DNA from: an archaeon
GTDB taxonomy: Archaea > Nanobdellota > Nanobdellia > Woesearchaeales > GW2011-AR15
Length of the DNA: 64,000 nt
Assembly: GCA_018657065.1 (NCBI GenBank)
Contig: JABHXU010000011.1
Span: 22,948-86,947, forward strand
Reading direction: 5' to 3'
The first letter of the stretch is position 1, and each line of letters starts with the position of its first letter. A model generated the notes under the pieces. It saw nothing but the letters and a program-made list of their open reading frames with translations. It searched no databases and had not been told where the DNA came from. Shown here piece by piece: positions 54,744 through 64,000 of the stretch. The position numbers and the translations under genes are program-made.

Positions 54744-57188
54744 ATGGATAATGAAGATACTCAAAATAATCAACAAGAAAATGACAGAATCATACCTGCT
54801 GTAATTGAAGACGAGCTAAAGCAAGATTTCCTAGATTACGCTATGTCTGTTATAGTTTCAAGAGCTCTACCAGATGTTAGAGACGGACTTAAACCAGTTC
54901 ATAGAAGAGTGCTTTTCACTATGATGGAACTTGGTTTAGATTTTGGAAAACCTTATAAAAAATGTGCAAGAATTGTAGGAGATTGTTTAGGTAAATGGCA
55001 TCCACATGGTGATAGTTCTGTATATGATGCCCTTGTTAGACTAGCCCAACCTTGGTCAATGCGTTATCCATTAATTCAGGGACAAGGTAACTTTGGTAGT
55101 ATAGATGGTGATAGTGCTGCAGCTATGAGATACACTGAAGCAAGACTTAGTAAAATTTCAGATGAATTACTACAAGATATTCAAAAAGACACTGTTGATA
55201 AACGAGAAAACTTTGATGGATCCTTAGAAGAACCTGTTATTCTTCCAAGTAAAATTCCATCATTATTAGTTAATGGTTCTTCTGGAATTGCTGTAGGTAT
55301 GGCAACAAATATTCCACCACATAATTTAAAAGATGTTTGTAGAGCTGTTATTTTAAATATTGAAAATCCTGAAACTTCTATTCAAGAATTAATTGATATA
55401 ATTAAAGGTCCAGATTATCCAACTGGTGGACTCCTTTGTGGTCAAAACGGAGTTATTCAAGCATATAACACTGGAAGAGGAAAAAGTAGACTTAGAGCAA
55501 GAATTGAACTTGAAGAAAAAAAGAATAGAGTCTCATTAATTGTAAATGAAATCCCATATATGGTAAATAAATCAATGCTACTTCAAGATATTGCCTCACT
55601 AGTTAAAAGAAAAATTATCACAGATATTTCTGAACTTAGAGATGAGTCTGATAGAGATGGTATGAGAATTGTAATAACATTAAAAAAAGATTCAAATCCC
55701 GAAATTGTTAAAAATTTATTATTTAAACATACAAGACTTGAAACAAGTTATGGTGTTCAATTTTTAGCCCTTGTCAATAATGTTCCTAAAACTCTAAATC
55801 TAAAAGTAATGATAGAACATCATATTGAACATAGAGTAGATATAATAACTAGAAGAACTCAATATGATTTAAGAAAAGCGAAAGCTAGAGCTCATATTCT
55901 TGATGGTTTATTAATTGCGTTACAAAATATTGATCAAGTAATTGCTAAAATAAAAAAATCTGATAATGCTGAAGAAGCTAAAAATACATTAATTCAAGAT
56001 TATGACTTAAGCGAAGAACAAGCAAAAGCAATTCTTGATATGAAATTACAAAAATTAGCTGCATTAGAACAACAAAAAATCAAAGATGAGCATAAAGAAT
56101 TACAAAATCTTATTGAAAAATTAGAAGAAATTCTAGCTAATAGAAATAATATTTTAAACATCATAATTAAAGAACAAGAAGAGTTAATTGAAAAATATGG
56201 TGACGAAAGAAAAACAGATATTATTGATTATGAAGAAGACATTGATATTGAAGATTTAATTGAAGAAGAAGATGTTGTAGTAACTATATCTCATTCTGGA
56301 TACATTAAAAGAATGCAACTTGAAGAATATAAACAACAACATAGAGGGGGAAAAGGTATTAGAGGAGCTGAAACAAAAGAAGAAGATTTCTTGGATCATC
56401 TCTTTATTGCAAATACTCACTCATATCTATTAACTTTCACCAATAAAGGAAAAGTTTATTGGACAAAAGTTTACAAAATACCTGAAACTGGTAGATATTC
56501 TAAAGGTAAAGCGATTGTAAATCTTGTAGGATTAGATAAAGATGAAAAAATTTCGACAGTTATTCCTGTTAGAGAATTTACTGATGACCATTATTTAGTT
56601 TTTGCTACTAAAAAAGGTTTAGTTAAAAAAACAAGTTTAAAATTATATTCTCGACCTAGACAAGGCGGAATTTGGGCAATTAAAGTAATGGAAAATGATG
56701 ATGTTATTGATGTAATTAAAACTGATGGAACACAACAAATTATTTTAGCAACTAAAGAAGGAATGGCTGTTAGATTTAATGAAACAGATGTTAGGCCTGT
56801 AAGTAGACATTCGCAAGGAGTTAGAGGAATAAAATTAAAGAAAAAAGACGACCAAGTTGTTGGAATGGTAGTTGCGCAGCCTGAAAGAACACTTTTAACT
56901 ATAACTGAAAATGGTTTTGGTAAACGAACTTTAATTGCAGATTATAGATTAATTAATAGAGGGGGAAGTGGAGTTATTAATATCAAAACAGACCATAGAA
57001 ATGGTGGAGTTGTTGCAATCAAATCTGTAATGGATGAAGATGAACTCATGTTTATTAGTGTTAATGGACAAGTCATTCGAACAAGTGCAAAATATGTTTC
57101 AGTTATTGGTAGAAACACTAAAGGAGTTACATTAATGAGACTTAATGATAGTGATAAAGTAGCTGATGCTGCTAAAATTATTGGATAA
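54744..57188 (+). CDS. gyrA: DNA gyrase subunit A
   Basis: [14 protein letters not shown] and [10 protein letters not shown] (catalytic Tyr), plus C-terminal beta-pinwheel repeats. Confidence 0.95.
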   Translation: MDNEDTQNNQQENDRIIPAVIEDELKQDFLDYAMSVIVSRALPDVRDGLKPVHRRVLFTMMELGLDFGKPYKKCARIVGDCLGKWHPHGDSSVYDALVRLAQPWSMRYPLIQGQGNFGSIDGDSAAAMRYTEARLSKISDELLQDIQKDTVDKRENFDGSLEEPVILPSKIPSLLVNGSSGIAVGMATNIPPHNLKDVCRAVILNIENPETSIQELIDIIKGPDYPTGGLLCGQNGVIQAYNTGRGKSRLRARIELEEKKNRVSLIVNEIPYMVNKSMLLQDIASLVKRKIITDISELRDESDRDGMRIVITLKKDSNPEIVKNLLFKHTRLETSYGVQFLALVNNVPKTLNLKVMIEHHIEHRVDIITRRTQYDLRKAKARAHILDGLLIALQNIDQVIAKIKKSDNAEEAKNTLIQDYDLSEEQAKAILDMKLQKLAALEQQKIKDEHKELQNLIEKLEEILANRNNILNIIIKEQEELIEKYGDERKTDIIDYEEDIDIEDLIEEEDVVVTISHSGYIKRMQLEEYKQQHRGGKGIRGAETKEEDFLDHLFIANTHSYLLTFTNKGKVYWTKVYKIPETGRYSKGKAIVNLVGLDKDEKISTVIPVREFTDDHYLVFATKKGLVKKTSLKLYSRPRQGGIWAIKVMENDDVIDVIKTDGTQQIILATKEGMAVRFNETDVRPVSRHSQGVRGIKLKKKDDQVVGMVVAQPERTLLTITENGFGKRTLIADYRLINRGGSGVINIKTDHRNGGVVAIKSVMDEDELMFISVNGQVIRTSAKYVSVIGRNTKGVTLMRLNDSDKVADAAKIIG

Positions 57189-57234
57189 AAAAATAGAAAC
57201 AAATATAAAAAATTGATACCCTCATGAAAACATT

Positions 57235-57978
57235 ATGTCTAAAATATTTAGATTATTCAAGAAGTATATTTCATTACTTATTTTTTTTGTAGCAATTAAA
57301 AATGCTGTCTCTTTTATTGGAAACCCACTAATTTCCACAATAGGGCCTTCTATTGGTCCTTGGATCCAACACCTTATTATTGTTGTCTTATCAAGTATAA
57401 TAATTTTTTTTACAAAAATAAAGAAAAAAATCAAAATTCTAATGGCAATTCTCTTAATCTTCCTGCTTAGCTCTATTGCAATTAATCAATATAAAACAAG
57501 GGGACTAGTTACTCTCACTCCGCGAGATCTTTTGATAAAAAACTATCCGGATTGGGACTTAAAAGATACAAAAAAGACACCAATATCCAATTTGAGTCAT
57601 AAAACTGTTAAAGAAGTTTACAAAATGCATGAAGCTAATTTAATTGAATATGATATTGATTTCTTAAAGAAAAGATACATTGATTTAAAGGATTTATCAA
57701 ATGAGGAATTTTTTAAGTATGATAAAATTTTTTTCTCAAATAGATCAGTTATGATCTTAATTAATACGACTACTTCTTCATTTGAAACATTTTGGGAAGA
57801 AGTATTACCTAATATAGACCGAGATAATGAACTAGAATTTAATGGAATGACTAAAAATAGTAAGTTATTGTTCATATGTGATGGAGGAGTCAAAGCGCAG
57901 ATTATAGCATATAGATTTTTTCTTGAGGGTTATGATTCATATTATTCTTCTGTAATTGATTATGTTGCCTCCTATTAA
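57235..57978 (+). CDS. Membrane-anchored rhodanese-like protein (degenerate active-site loop)
   Basis: N-terminal TM helices. The C-terminal segment LLFICDGGVKAQIIAYRFFLEGY resembles a rhodanese CxxGxR[ST] loop, with R changed to K and S to A. Confidence 0.5.
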   Translation: MSKIFRLFKKYISLLIFFVAIKNAVSFIGNPLISTIGPSIGPWIQHLIIVVLSSIIIFFTKIKKKIKILMAILLIFLLSSIAINQYKTRGLVTLTPRDLLIKNYPDWDLKDTKKTPISNLSHKTVKEVYKMHEANLIEYDIDFLKKRYIDLKDLSNEEFFKYDKIFFSNRSVMILINTTTSSFETFWEEVLPNIDRDNELEFNGMTKNSKLLFICDGGVKAQIIAYRFFLEGYDSYYSSVIDYVASY

Positions 57979-58054
57979 CAATTAAAAGTAGAAAAAGATC
58001 ATTTCTAAACATTGAAAAAGAAAGATTTTAATAATCTGAAAAGAGAGTTATTAT

Positions 58055-58786
58055 ATGTTTAAAAAATATTTGTCTTTGTTATTTTTTTTTCTATCTCTCA
58101 ATAAAGGATATGCATTTTTAAGCAATACTAGAATTTATTCGTTAAGTTCTGCTATACTCTCAGTCATCCCATATTTGTTAATAATATTTGTTTCTCTTAC
58201 AACTCTATATATTCTGCAGACAAAAAAAATTAAGAAGTACAAAAAAAGTTATTTGATATTTTACACCATTATTTTTTGCGTTTCCATAGTTCTTTCATTT
58301 ACTAATTTTAAAAAAAATTACTACACACATAATAATCTATTGAAGTTTCGCAATATGAACTATAGTCCTAAACCCAATGCAACACACATTTCAAAGCTAA
58401 TGAATCTATCTTTTGAAGAATTTAAAAGTTTAGTTCATCAAAGATTAGTAATTCTAGATAGGAGATTTATGCGAGAGAGATTAATTAATCTAGATCAAAT
58501 AACTGCTGATCAATACAATTCTTTTAAAATTGTTTCTCTTACATCTAATCAAAGTTATTTATATTTAGAAAGTGAAATAAAATTATCATTTACAGATATT
58601 TGGAATAATTCCAATAAGAATAACTCTTTAGAGGTTTTGCATTCAAATAATATTTCTAAAAATGATAAATTGTTATTTGTTTGTTTGAGTGGATGGAGAA
58701 GTCATTTAATTGCTTACAAATTGTATAATGAAGGTTATAGTTCATACTATACAACTCTTCTTGATCACATCGTAGTATCTTCTTAA
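58055..58786 (+). CDS. Membrane-anchored rhodanese-like protein (paralogue with an intact-looking loop)
   Basis: Same architecture; LLFVCLSGWRSHLIAYKLYNEGY fits CxxGxRS. Confidence 0.55.
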   Translation: MFKKYLSLLFFFLSLNKGYAFLSNTRIYSLSSAILSVIPYLLIIFVSLTTLYILQTKKIKKYKKSYLIFYTIIFCVSIVLSFTNFKKNYYTHNNLLKFRNMNYSPKPNATHISKLMNLSFEEFKSLVHQRLVILDRRFMRERLINLDQITADQYNSFKIVSLTSNQSYLYLESEIKLSFTDIWNNSNKNNSLEVLHSNNISKNDKLLFVCLSGWRSHLIAYKLYNEGYSSYYTTLLDHIVVSS

Positions 58787-58830
58787 TAAACACAAAACAT
58801 TAAAGAACTATAATTTTATTTCCTATATAT

Positions 58831-59547
58831 ATGAAAGAATATCCCGAATTTATTATTAATCCTTCAACTTTATCCAAAGAAATCCTTAAAATTGTTAAAA
58901 AATCAGAAGAGAGTGTCCATAACAACTTTTCAAGGCTTTCTTTTTTTGGAAAAGTTAATTTTAGAATTAAATACTTGACTAATTATACAAATACATTTAA
59001 TTTTATAAGAAGTTTTCAGTTTGAAAAAAATGATGAAATTGAAGAGTTCTTCGAGTCATTTCAAAAAATAAGTTATTTTATTGCATTAAACAATTTTCTC
59101 TTGGTCTATGCATATAAGGTTGAGAAAAAGCACATAAACCCAATAATAACAAAGGAAGATCAAAAAATTCTTGCTTTGCAAAAATTAAAAAAGAAAACAA
59201 TTTCAAGAAAAGAATTTAATAAATTATTTGGCCACTATGCTTTAAATGCATATGAACTTTCTTCAAAAAGATTTAGTGAATATTCAAATAAAGAGTTGCT
59301 CGAAATTATTAAATTTACAGATAATTTCAAAATGACAAAAACCTATTCTTTAAAAGATTATATTAATAAAAAAGGAAATAAAAATTTATATGCAATCTAT
59401 TCTACTTTAAGAGAAGAATTAAAATATATTGCTCTAAAAAACATAGCTCAAATTCGTTTAGTTTTATTAAAATACCAAAAAGAAAAAAAAGTAAAGAAAA
59501 TATTTGATTTAACATATGATGAAATTAAAAGGAAAATTAATTGTTAA
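58831..59547 (+). CDS. PEP synthase/rifampicin-phosphotransferase-like central helical domain (no ATP-grasp domain)
   Basis: FNKLFGHYALNAYELSSKRFSE resembles the F..FGHRg..E.D...PRW.E segment of this family. It is followed by LREELKY...IFDLTYDEI. The ORF ends in an A-rich tract where the next ORF starts in another frame. Confidence 0.5.
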   Translation: MKEYPEFIINPSTLSKEILKIVKKSEESVHNNFSRLSFFGKVNFRIKYLTNYTNTFNFIRSFQFEKNDEIEEFFESFQKISYFIALNNFLLVYAYKVEKKHINPIITKEDQKILALQKLKKKTISRKEFNKLFGHYALNAYELSSKRFSEYSNKELLEIIKFTDNFKMTKTYSLKDYINKKGNKNLYAIYSTLREELKYIALKNIAQIRLVLLKYQKEKKVKKIFDLTYDEIKRKINC

Positions 59548-59836
59548 GGGTATTCTGAAAAACACCAATCTTAGCTATGAATTAGTTAATTCTATTTTTG
59601 ACTACAAAAACAGTAATACTATAATTATTCCTTTCTTGAACCCTGATTACACAATAATACTAAATAAATTAGATGTTATTATCTCAAATTCTGGTTCTGC
59701 TTTATCTCATCTTGCTGTTGTTGCGAGAGAATATAACAAGTCTGTTATAATTTTAGAAAAAGATTTTCCTAAAATCAAAAAATATGGAAATTTAAAATTA
59801 AGTATTAAAGGAGATCAAGTCCAGATCCTGCTATAA
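59516..59836 (+). CDS. PEP-utilizing enzyme mobile (phospho-His) domain
   Basis: VIISNSGSALSHLAVVAREYNKSVII matches the GG..SHaAivARE..iP core. The ORF overlaps the previous one by 32 nt in a different frame. Confidence 0.7.
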   Translation: MMKLKGKLIVKGILKNTNLSYELVNSIFDYKNSNTIIIPFLNPDYTIILNKLDVIISNSGSALSHLAVVAREYNKSVIILEKDFPKIKKYGNLKLSIKGDQVQILL

Positions 59837-59897
59837 TTATTGTTATTCTAAGATATTATTAGTTTATTTTAAAAACCATTTCAAGTTTCTCTAAATT

Positions 59898-61028
59898 ATG
59901 AATGGTTTTGTACTTGTTAACAAAGGAACTGAAAACGTCGCTAGTTGTGAACTGATTGAATTAATAAAAACAAAACCTGATGTTAAAGAAACCATAATCA
60001 AATTTCCAATTAAATCAAATTTGGATTTATGCTCTGTTTGCTATAAATCTCAATCTATTAGTAAAGTTGTTTTGCTTTTATCAGAATTTGATGTAGAAAA
60101 AACTCTTAAAAAAACTCTTGAAAATTTCAATATTAATTCGAAAATAAAACAATGGTCCAAAAAAAAAATAAGAGTTGATTGTAAGAGAGTTGGAGAACAC
60201 AAGTTTAATAGTGTTGATATAAGTGCAGGAATTTCAAAAAAATTAATTAAAGAAACAAAAGTAGAAATTGACTATGATTCTCCTGACATAATATTTTTTA
60301 TTTATGTATACAAAAATTTAGCTTATTTTGGAGTAGATTTTTCGGGAATTGATTTGTCAAAAAGACAGTATAAAATTTTTCAGCATCCCGAATCATTAAA
60401 AGGCACAACAGCGTATTCCCTACTAAGAATGTCAGAATATAATAAAAAAGATATGATCATTGATCCTTTTATGGGATCGGGTATGATTATTATTGAAGCT
60501 GCACTTTATAATCTTAATTTTCCTGTTCATTATTATAGTAAAGAAAGATTAGCATTTACAAATTATGAATTTTTTAAAAAAGACTCATTAAAATTTTTTG
60601 AGAAACATGATAAATTAATTAAAAAAAACACAACCAAAATATATGGTTATGATAATCAATTAAGATTTCTAAAAGCCACACAAAAAAATGCTAAGATGGC
60701 AGGAATTGACAAATCATTAATTTTAAGTAAAATCGATGTAGAATGGCTTGATACAAAATTTGAAAAAAATTCAGTTGATAAAATCATAACAGATGCACCT
60801 AGAGTTTCTAAACATAAAGACTTAAAAAAATTAGGAAAAATTTATCATGAGTTTTTTTATCAATCAGCGTATGTTTTAAAAAAACAAGGAACTATAAGTG
60901 TTTTAACTAGAGATTTCAAACTTTTAGAAGAAAATGCTAAAAAACATAAATTTAAAATAACTAAAAAATATTTAATAAATCAAGGAAAAGATGAATTCAA
61001 TTTTATTATTTTTAAACAGGTGGAATAA
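59898..61028 (+). CDS. THUMP-domain class I SAM-dependent RNA (tRNA m2G-type) methyltransferase
   Basis: N-terminal ferredoxin-like/THUMP region. SAM motif I IDPFMGSGMIIIEAA and motif IV-like IITDAPR. Confidence 0.8.
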   Translation: MNGFVLVNKGTENVASCELIELIKTKPDVKETIIKFPIKSNLDLCSVCYKSQSISKVVLLLSEFDVEKTLKKTLENFNINSKIKQWSKKKIRVDCKRVGEHKFNSVDISAGISKKLIKETKVEIDYDSPDIIFFIYVYKNLAYFGVDFSGIDLSKRQYKIFQHPESLKGTTAYSLLRMSEYNKKDMIIDPFMGSGMIIIEAALYNLNFPVHYYSKERLAFTNYEFFKKDSLKFFEKHDKLIKKNTTKIYGYDNQLRFLKATQKNAKMAGIDKSLILSKIDVEWLDTKFEKNSVDKIITDAPRVSKHKDLKKLGKIYHEFFYQSAYVLKKQGTISVLTRDFKLLEENAKKHKFKITKKYLINQGKDEFNFIIFKQVE

Positions 61029-61475
61029 ATGAATTGTGAAATGTGTGGTACAGAAACTTCGCTAATAAATGCTATGGTAGAAGATGTTGAATTAAAAGTA
61101 TGTAAAACTTGTTCTTCATTTGGTAAAGTACTAAAAAGACCACCTAAATCATTATTTAGAAAAAATAGACCAATTATTAAAAAACAACAAAAAGAACTCC
61201 TTGAACTAATTGTAAAAGACTATTTTAAAATTATTAAAGAAAAAAGAGAAAAAATGGGTCTTAAACAAAAAGAATTTGCAAAATTTCTAGCAGAAAGAGA
61301 ATCATTAATCCATAAAATGGAATCAGGAAGTTACAAACCTTCCATTGAATTAGCTCGAAAATTAGAAAAACAACTTGGAATTACAATTGTTGAACAAAAA
61401 GAACTTGAACCTCAACAAATTCAAACAAAAAAACAAACATATACAATTGGAGATATGATTAAGATCAAGAAGTAA
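61029..61475 (+). CDS. mbf1: Archaeal multiprotein bridging factor 1 (zinc ribbon + XRE-type HTH)
   Basis: CEMCG...CKTC zinc ribbon. HTH segment LKQKEFAKFLAERESLIHKMESGSYKPSIELARKLEKQLGI. Confidence 0.85.
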   Translation: MNCEMCGTETSLINAMVEDVELKVCKTCSSFGKVLKRPPKSLFRKNRPIIKKQQKELLELIVKDYFKIIKEKREKMGLKQKEFAKFLAERESLIHKMESGSYKPSIELARKLEKQLGITIVEQKELEPQQIQTKKQTYTIGDMIKIKK

Positions 61476-61550
61476 TCTTAAGCAGACCAAAAAATTTCTA
61501 ATTTTTTTTAACAACAATTAAAAAATAAATTAACTAATTCTTTTTTATAC

Positions 61551-64000
61551 TCAAATAAACATGTCATTATTATCATTATTTGTTGGAGGCTGTTGATTAA
61601 CAGGTTCTGAAAAATCTTGTACTTGTGTTTTAGATCTTTGCTCTTTTTCTAAACTGCTAAAAGCTTCTTCAATTGCATAACCCTGCCATCCTGCTTCCTT
61701 TAAATTTTGTCTAATTTCATAATCTTGAATATTATTGTTTCTTAATGTAATAATATATGTTGTAATCATTTGAATATCTTCAGCAGGCATATGTTCTGTT
61801 GACATAATTTTGTTAATTATTTCTTCGTTCCATCCTGTATGTATTAAGACTTCCTTAATAGAATGTTCTTCAATTCCTTGACTTCTACATTGAGACACAT
61901 AATCAACTAAACCTTGTAATTCTGGATCTATCCCTTGTGAATCCAATGCAAAATCCATTGGTTGTTTTTCTTGTGTTTGTTGCAAAGGTTGTGATGCTTG
62001 CTGTGATAATGATTGGTCTGATAAAACCATACCAGATGGTTGCTGACCTAATGCATTTTGAGACTGTTGTCCTTGTTGTAAAGGTTGAATTGGTTTCTCA
62101 ACACTCTTTTTACCTGTCAATAGTATAACTCCTATAACAATTATTACTAAAATCACTATAATTATTGGAATAATAATAGCTAACGGTGAAAGTGAACTAT
62201 CTGAATCATCATTGTTTTTAGGATCTGTTGGTACTTCTTGAGTATCATCAGGATCAATATCATCAATAACATTTGCAGTAATTTCTGAATCATCATCAGT
62301 TTCATTTTGATTAATTTCTGTTTCTGTTTGCTCACTTGCTTTTTCTCCTTTTATTCCAAAATAACTAAATCCTGTTGTAACAGATTCATAATATGTATAT
62401 TTTGAATCATGAGATAATTTTTCTGTAGGAAGTTCATTCCACTTTGTTGTATATCTATAAAGTTTAATTGTATCTTTATCTATCCCATTAGTTTCTATCC
62501 AATCATTCTCAACTCTAAATCTAATTGATGCAGACAAGATATCTTCATTTGTTAAAACGGTTTTATCAATGGAAACATATTGATATGGATCAATTAACCC
62601 AGGATAAATTGCAGGTAAATCTTTTCTATGAACAGTGAAAAGAATTGTTCCATTAACTGTATGTTTTAAATCAAGTGAAATTCTTGTTATTGCTATCTCA
62701 GTGCTAGCTATATTTATTGCATGATTTCCTTTTGCTAAACTAAAGAAAACAGTATTATAAACATAATTTTCAGTTGTGCTTCCAGATCCTGATGAACCTC
62801 CGCCACCACCACCGCCACCATCATTAGATCCTCCAGTTCCTCCTACTGAATCTGTTTCAACTATTTTTAATTCTGAATAACAGTTGTCAAGCCAATCACA
62901 AATAGTAATATTAAATGTATATTCTGTATCTTCAGTTAAATTAGTAAAAGATTTCCTATGTGAAAACTCATAATCTGTAATTGTTTTGGTTTCGTTTCCA
63001 AGTCTTTCAATAGTTGAATTTGCAGGATCATCAGTAGTAAAATATATTTCAATTTCATCAGGTTCATTTGTTGGTGAATAAGTTACAATTGCCGGAGCAG
63101 TTGTATCACTAACTGTATAAAATATTTGACTAGTAACTGAATTTGAACTAGCATCTGTACAACTAATTGTTAAATTCATATACTTATTTTCTGTATAATT
63201 AAGCATCTTTCTAAATGATGTTTCTGTTCCTAAAGAAGCAAATAAAGTTTCATCAAATGAATAAGTGCAAGTTGACTCTTCGTTTGTTGTAAATGAAAAA
63301 TTTTGATTGTATGATTCAGTTACAATTGAATTATTTGTTGGAAGTGTAAAGGTTATTGTTGGTGATATACTATCATTTATCCCTAAAACAGATCCAAAAG
63401 CAGGAACATACACATTCACGTTTTCAGTGTCTGTTAAATAACAGGCACTTGTATTCAACTTAGTATAATTATAAGTACATACGCTTACTTGAACGCAGTC
63501 TGATAGATCATCTTCTGAACAATAATAAATTAGGTCATATCCACTTATATTTGATGGTAAAGCAACCTTCCCATAATATGCACTTTCATTTGAAAAGAAT
63601 TTACTAAAATTCTTTACATGTAAATAATCAATTGGCTGTTTTCCATATAATGTATTGATTTGTGATACTACATAAGAACTATTATCTTCTATTCCAAAAA
63701 AGAATTCCCACATTGTTTCTAATGCTGAGAAATTATAAACATATGCTGTAATATTTGTCATGTTTATTTCTAATGTTAAATTTTGGTTCATAGTGATATT
63801 AATATTATAAACCTCATCAGAATCATTTAAGATATTAAGACCTGTAATATTTGACTGATACAACATAAAATTTGTTTTCCACTGTGTTGTGTTTAAATAA
63901 TCATTTACATATAATGTAACTGTGTCTGTTGCAGTATTTCCAAAAGTATCATTAACAAAAATTGATAAGAGATGTTTGCCTGGATAATCAAAAGTAATAT
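61551..64000 (-). CDS. Large N-glycosylation-sequon-rich surface protein with PGF-pre-PGF-like domain, TM helix and cytoplasmic tail (5-prime partial; frame open to the window edge)
   Basis: The frame stays open upstream of the listed Met (63866) to base 64000. Many N-x-S/T sequons and a Gly/Ser run GGTGGSNDGGGGGGGGSSGSGS. PGF-pre-PGF-like segment IRFRVENDWIETNGIDKDTIKLYRYTTKWNELPTEK...TTGFSYFGI. TM helix IIIPIIIVILVIIVIGVILL. The Q-rich tail carries two helical repeats. Confidence 0.8.
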   Translation of the reverse strand, partial: ITFDYPGKHLLSIFVNDTFGNTATDTVTLYVNDYLNTTQWKTNFMLYQSNITGLNILNDSDEVYNINITMNQNLTLEINMTNITAYVYNFSALETMWEFFFGIEDNSSYVVSQINTLYGKQPIDYLHVKNFSKFFSNESAYYGKVALPSNISGYDLIYYCSEDDLSDCVQVSVCTYNYTKLNTSACYLTDTENVNVYVPAFGSVLGINDSISPTITFTLPTNNSIVTESYNQNFSFTTNEESTCTYSFDETLFASLGTETSFRKMLNYTENKYMNLTISCTDASSNSVTSQIFYTVSDTTAPAIVTYSPTNEPDEIEIYFTTDDPANSTIERLGNETKTITDYEFSHRKSFTNLTEDTEYTFNITICDWLDNCYSELKIVETDSVGGTGGSNDGGGGGGGGSSGSGSTTENYVYNTVFFSLAKGNHAINIASTEIAITRISLDLKHTVNGTILFTVHRKDLPAIYPGLIDPYQYVSIDKTVLTNEDILSASIRFRVENDWIETNGIDKDTIKLYRYTTKWNELPTEKLSHDSKYTYYESVTTGFSYFGIKGEKASEQTETEINQNETDDDSEITANVIDDIDPDDTQEVPTDPKNNDDSDSSLSPLAIIIPIIIVILVIIVIGVILLTGKKSVEKPIQPLQQGQQSQNALGQQPSGMVLSDQSLSQQASQPLQQTQEKQPMDFALDSQGIDPELQGLVDYVSQCRSQGIEEHSIKEVLIHTGWNEEIINKIMSTEHMPAEDIQMITTYIITLRNNNIQDYEIRQNLKEAGWQGYAIEEAFSSLEKEQRSKTQVQDFSEPVNQQPPTNNDNNDMFI

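Noticed and set aside
2564-61937. Other short antisense or overlapping ORFs in the track (2564, 10343, 19403, 32411, 33214, 34161, 40721, 46815, 47236, 50109, 51875, 52108, 56942, 57222, 57618, 61937).
   Set aside because: Each is nested in or overlaps a longer gene with clear family motifs. None shows motifs or translation signals of its own.
1-64000. CRISPR arrays, rRNA genes, IS elements, or an alternative genetic code.
   Set aside because: No regularly spaced direct repeats and no rRNA-like conserved stretches are visible. No transposase- or integrase-like ORFs are present. Long ORFs end at TAA, TAG and TGA (for example the ATGA stop/start overlap at 1989-1992), consistent with the standard code.

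Overview
Visibly AT-rich, tightly packed archaeal chromosome segment. Archaeal markers are the DnaG-type primase, aRNase J, aMBF1, an Ogg2-type glycosylase, archaeal/eukaryal-type TrpRS and GlyRS, a class III signal-peptide pilin and a PGF-pre-PGF surface protein. Composition and gene content suggest a small-genome DPANN-like archaeon, but that is inference only. I call about 55 protein genes and two tRNAs (Leu-CAA, Arg-CCU). I see no rRNA, CRISPR array, transposase or integrase. Housekeeping content includes trpS, dnaG, uppS, a UbiA prenyltransferase, RNase J, glyS, msrAB, a small DNA-repair cluster, gcvPA/gcvPB, a MacB/FtsX-type ABC operon, gyrA, a THUMP methyltransferase and MBF1. The outstanding region is 9.8-30.3 kb. 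A type IV pilus-like module (pilin, two coiled-coil proteins, a 764-aa PilB/FlaI-family ATPase) abuts one co-directional 16-kb gene string. That string encodes four giant, acidic, cysteine-rich surface proteins (821, 1004, 1405 and 1496 aa), an MBL-LOG fusion enzyme and a membrane-anchored wHTH regulator. Three giants start with a pilin-like K-[AS]-Q hydrophobic N-terminus, then a ZU5-like module ending in an H-[FL]-[ST] motif that could be an autoproteolysis site. Two giants end in a purple-acid-phosphatase-like domain in which most metal ligands are substituted. One carries thrombospondin type-3 repeats between glycoside-hydrolase clan-A-like motifs. I read this as a candidate undescribed modular-pilin or giant-adhesin surface system. 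Other oddities: both tRNAs are followed by a short copy of their own 3-prime end; there is a structured-RNA candidate upstream of dnaG; TrpRS carries a B3/4-like N-terminal domain; a PEP-utilizing gene is split and truncated; and a helical motif is shared between a pilus-locus protein and the cytoplasmic tail of a large surface protein. All domain calls come from motif recognition by eye. No searches or structure predictions were run.
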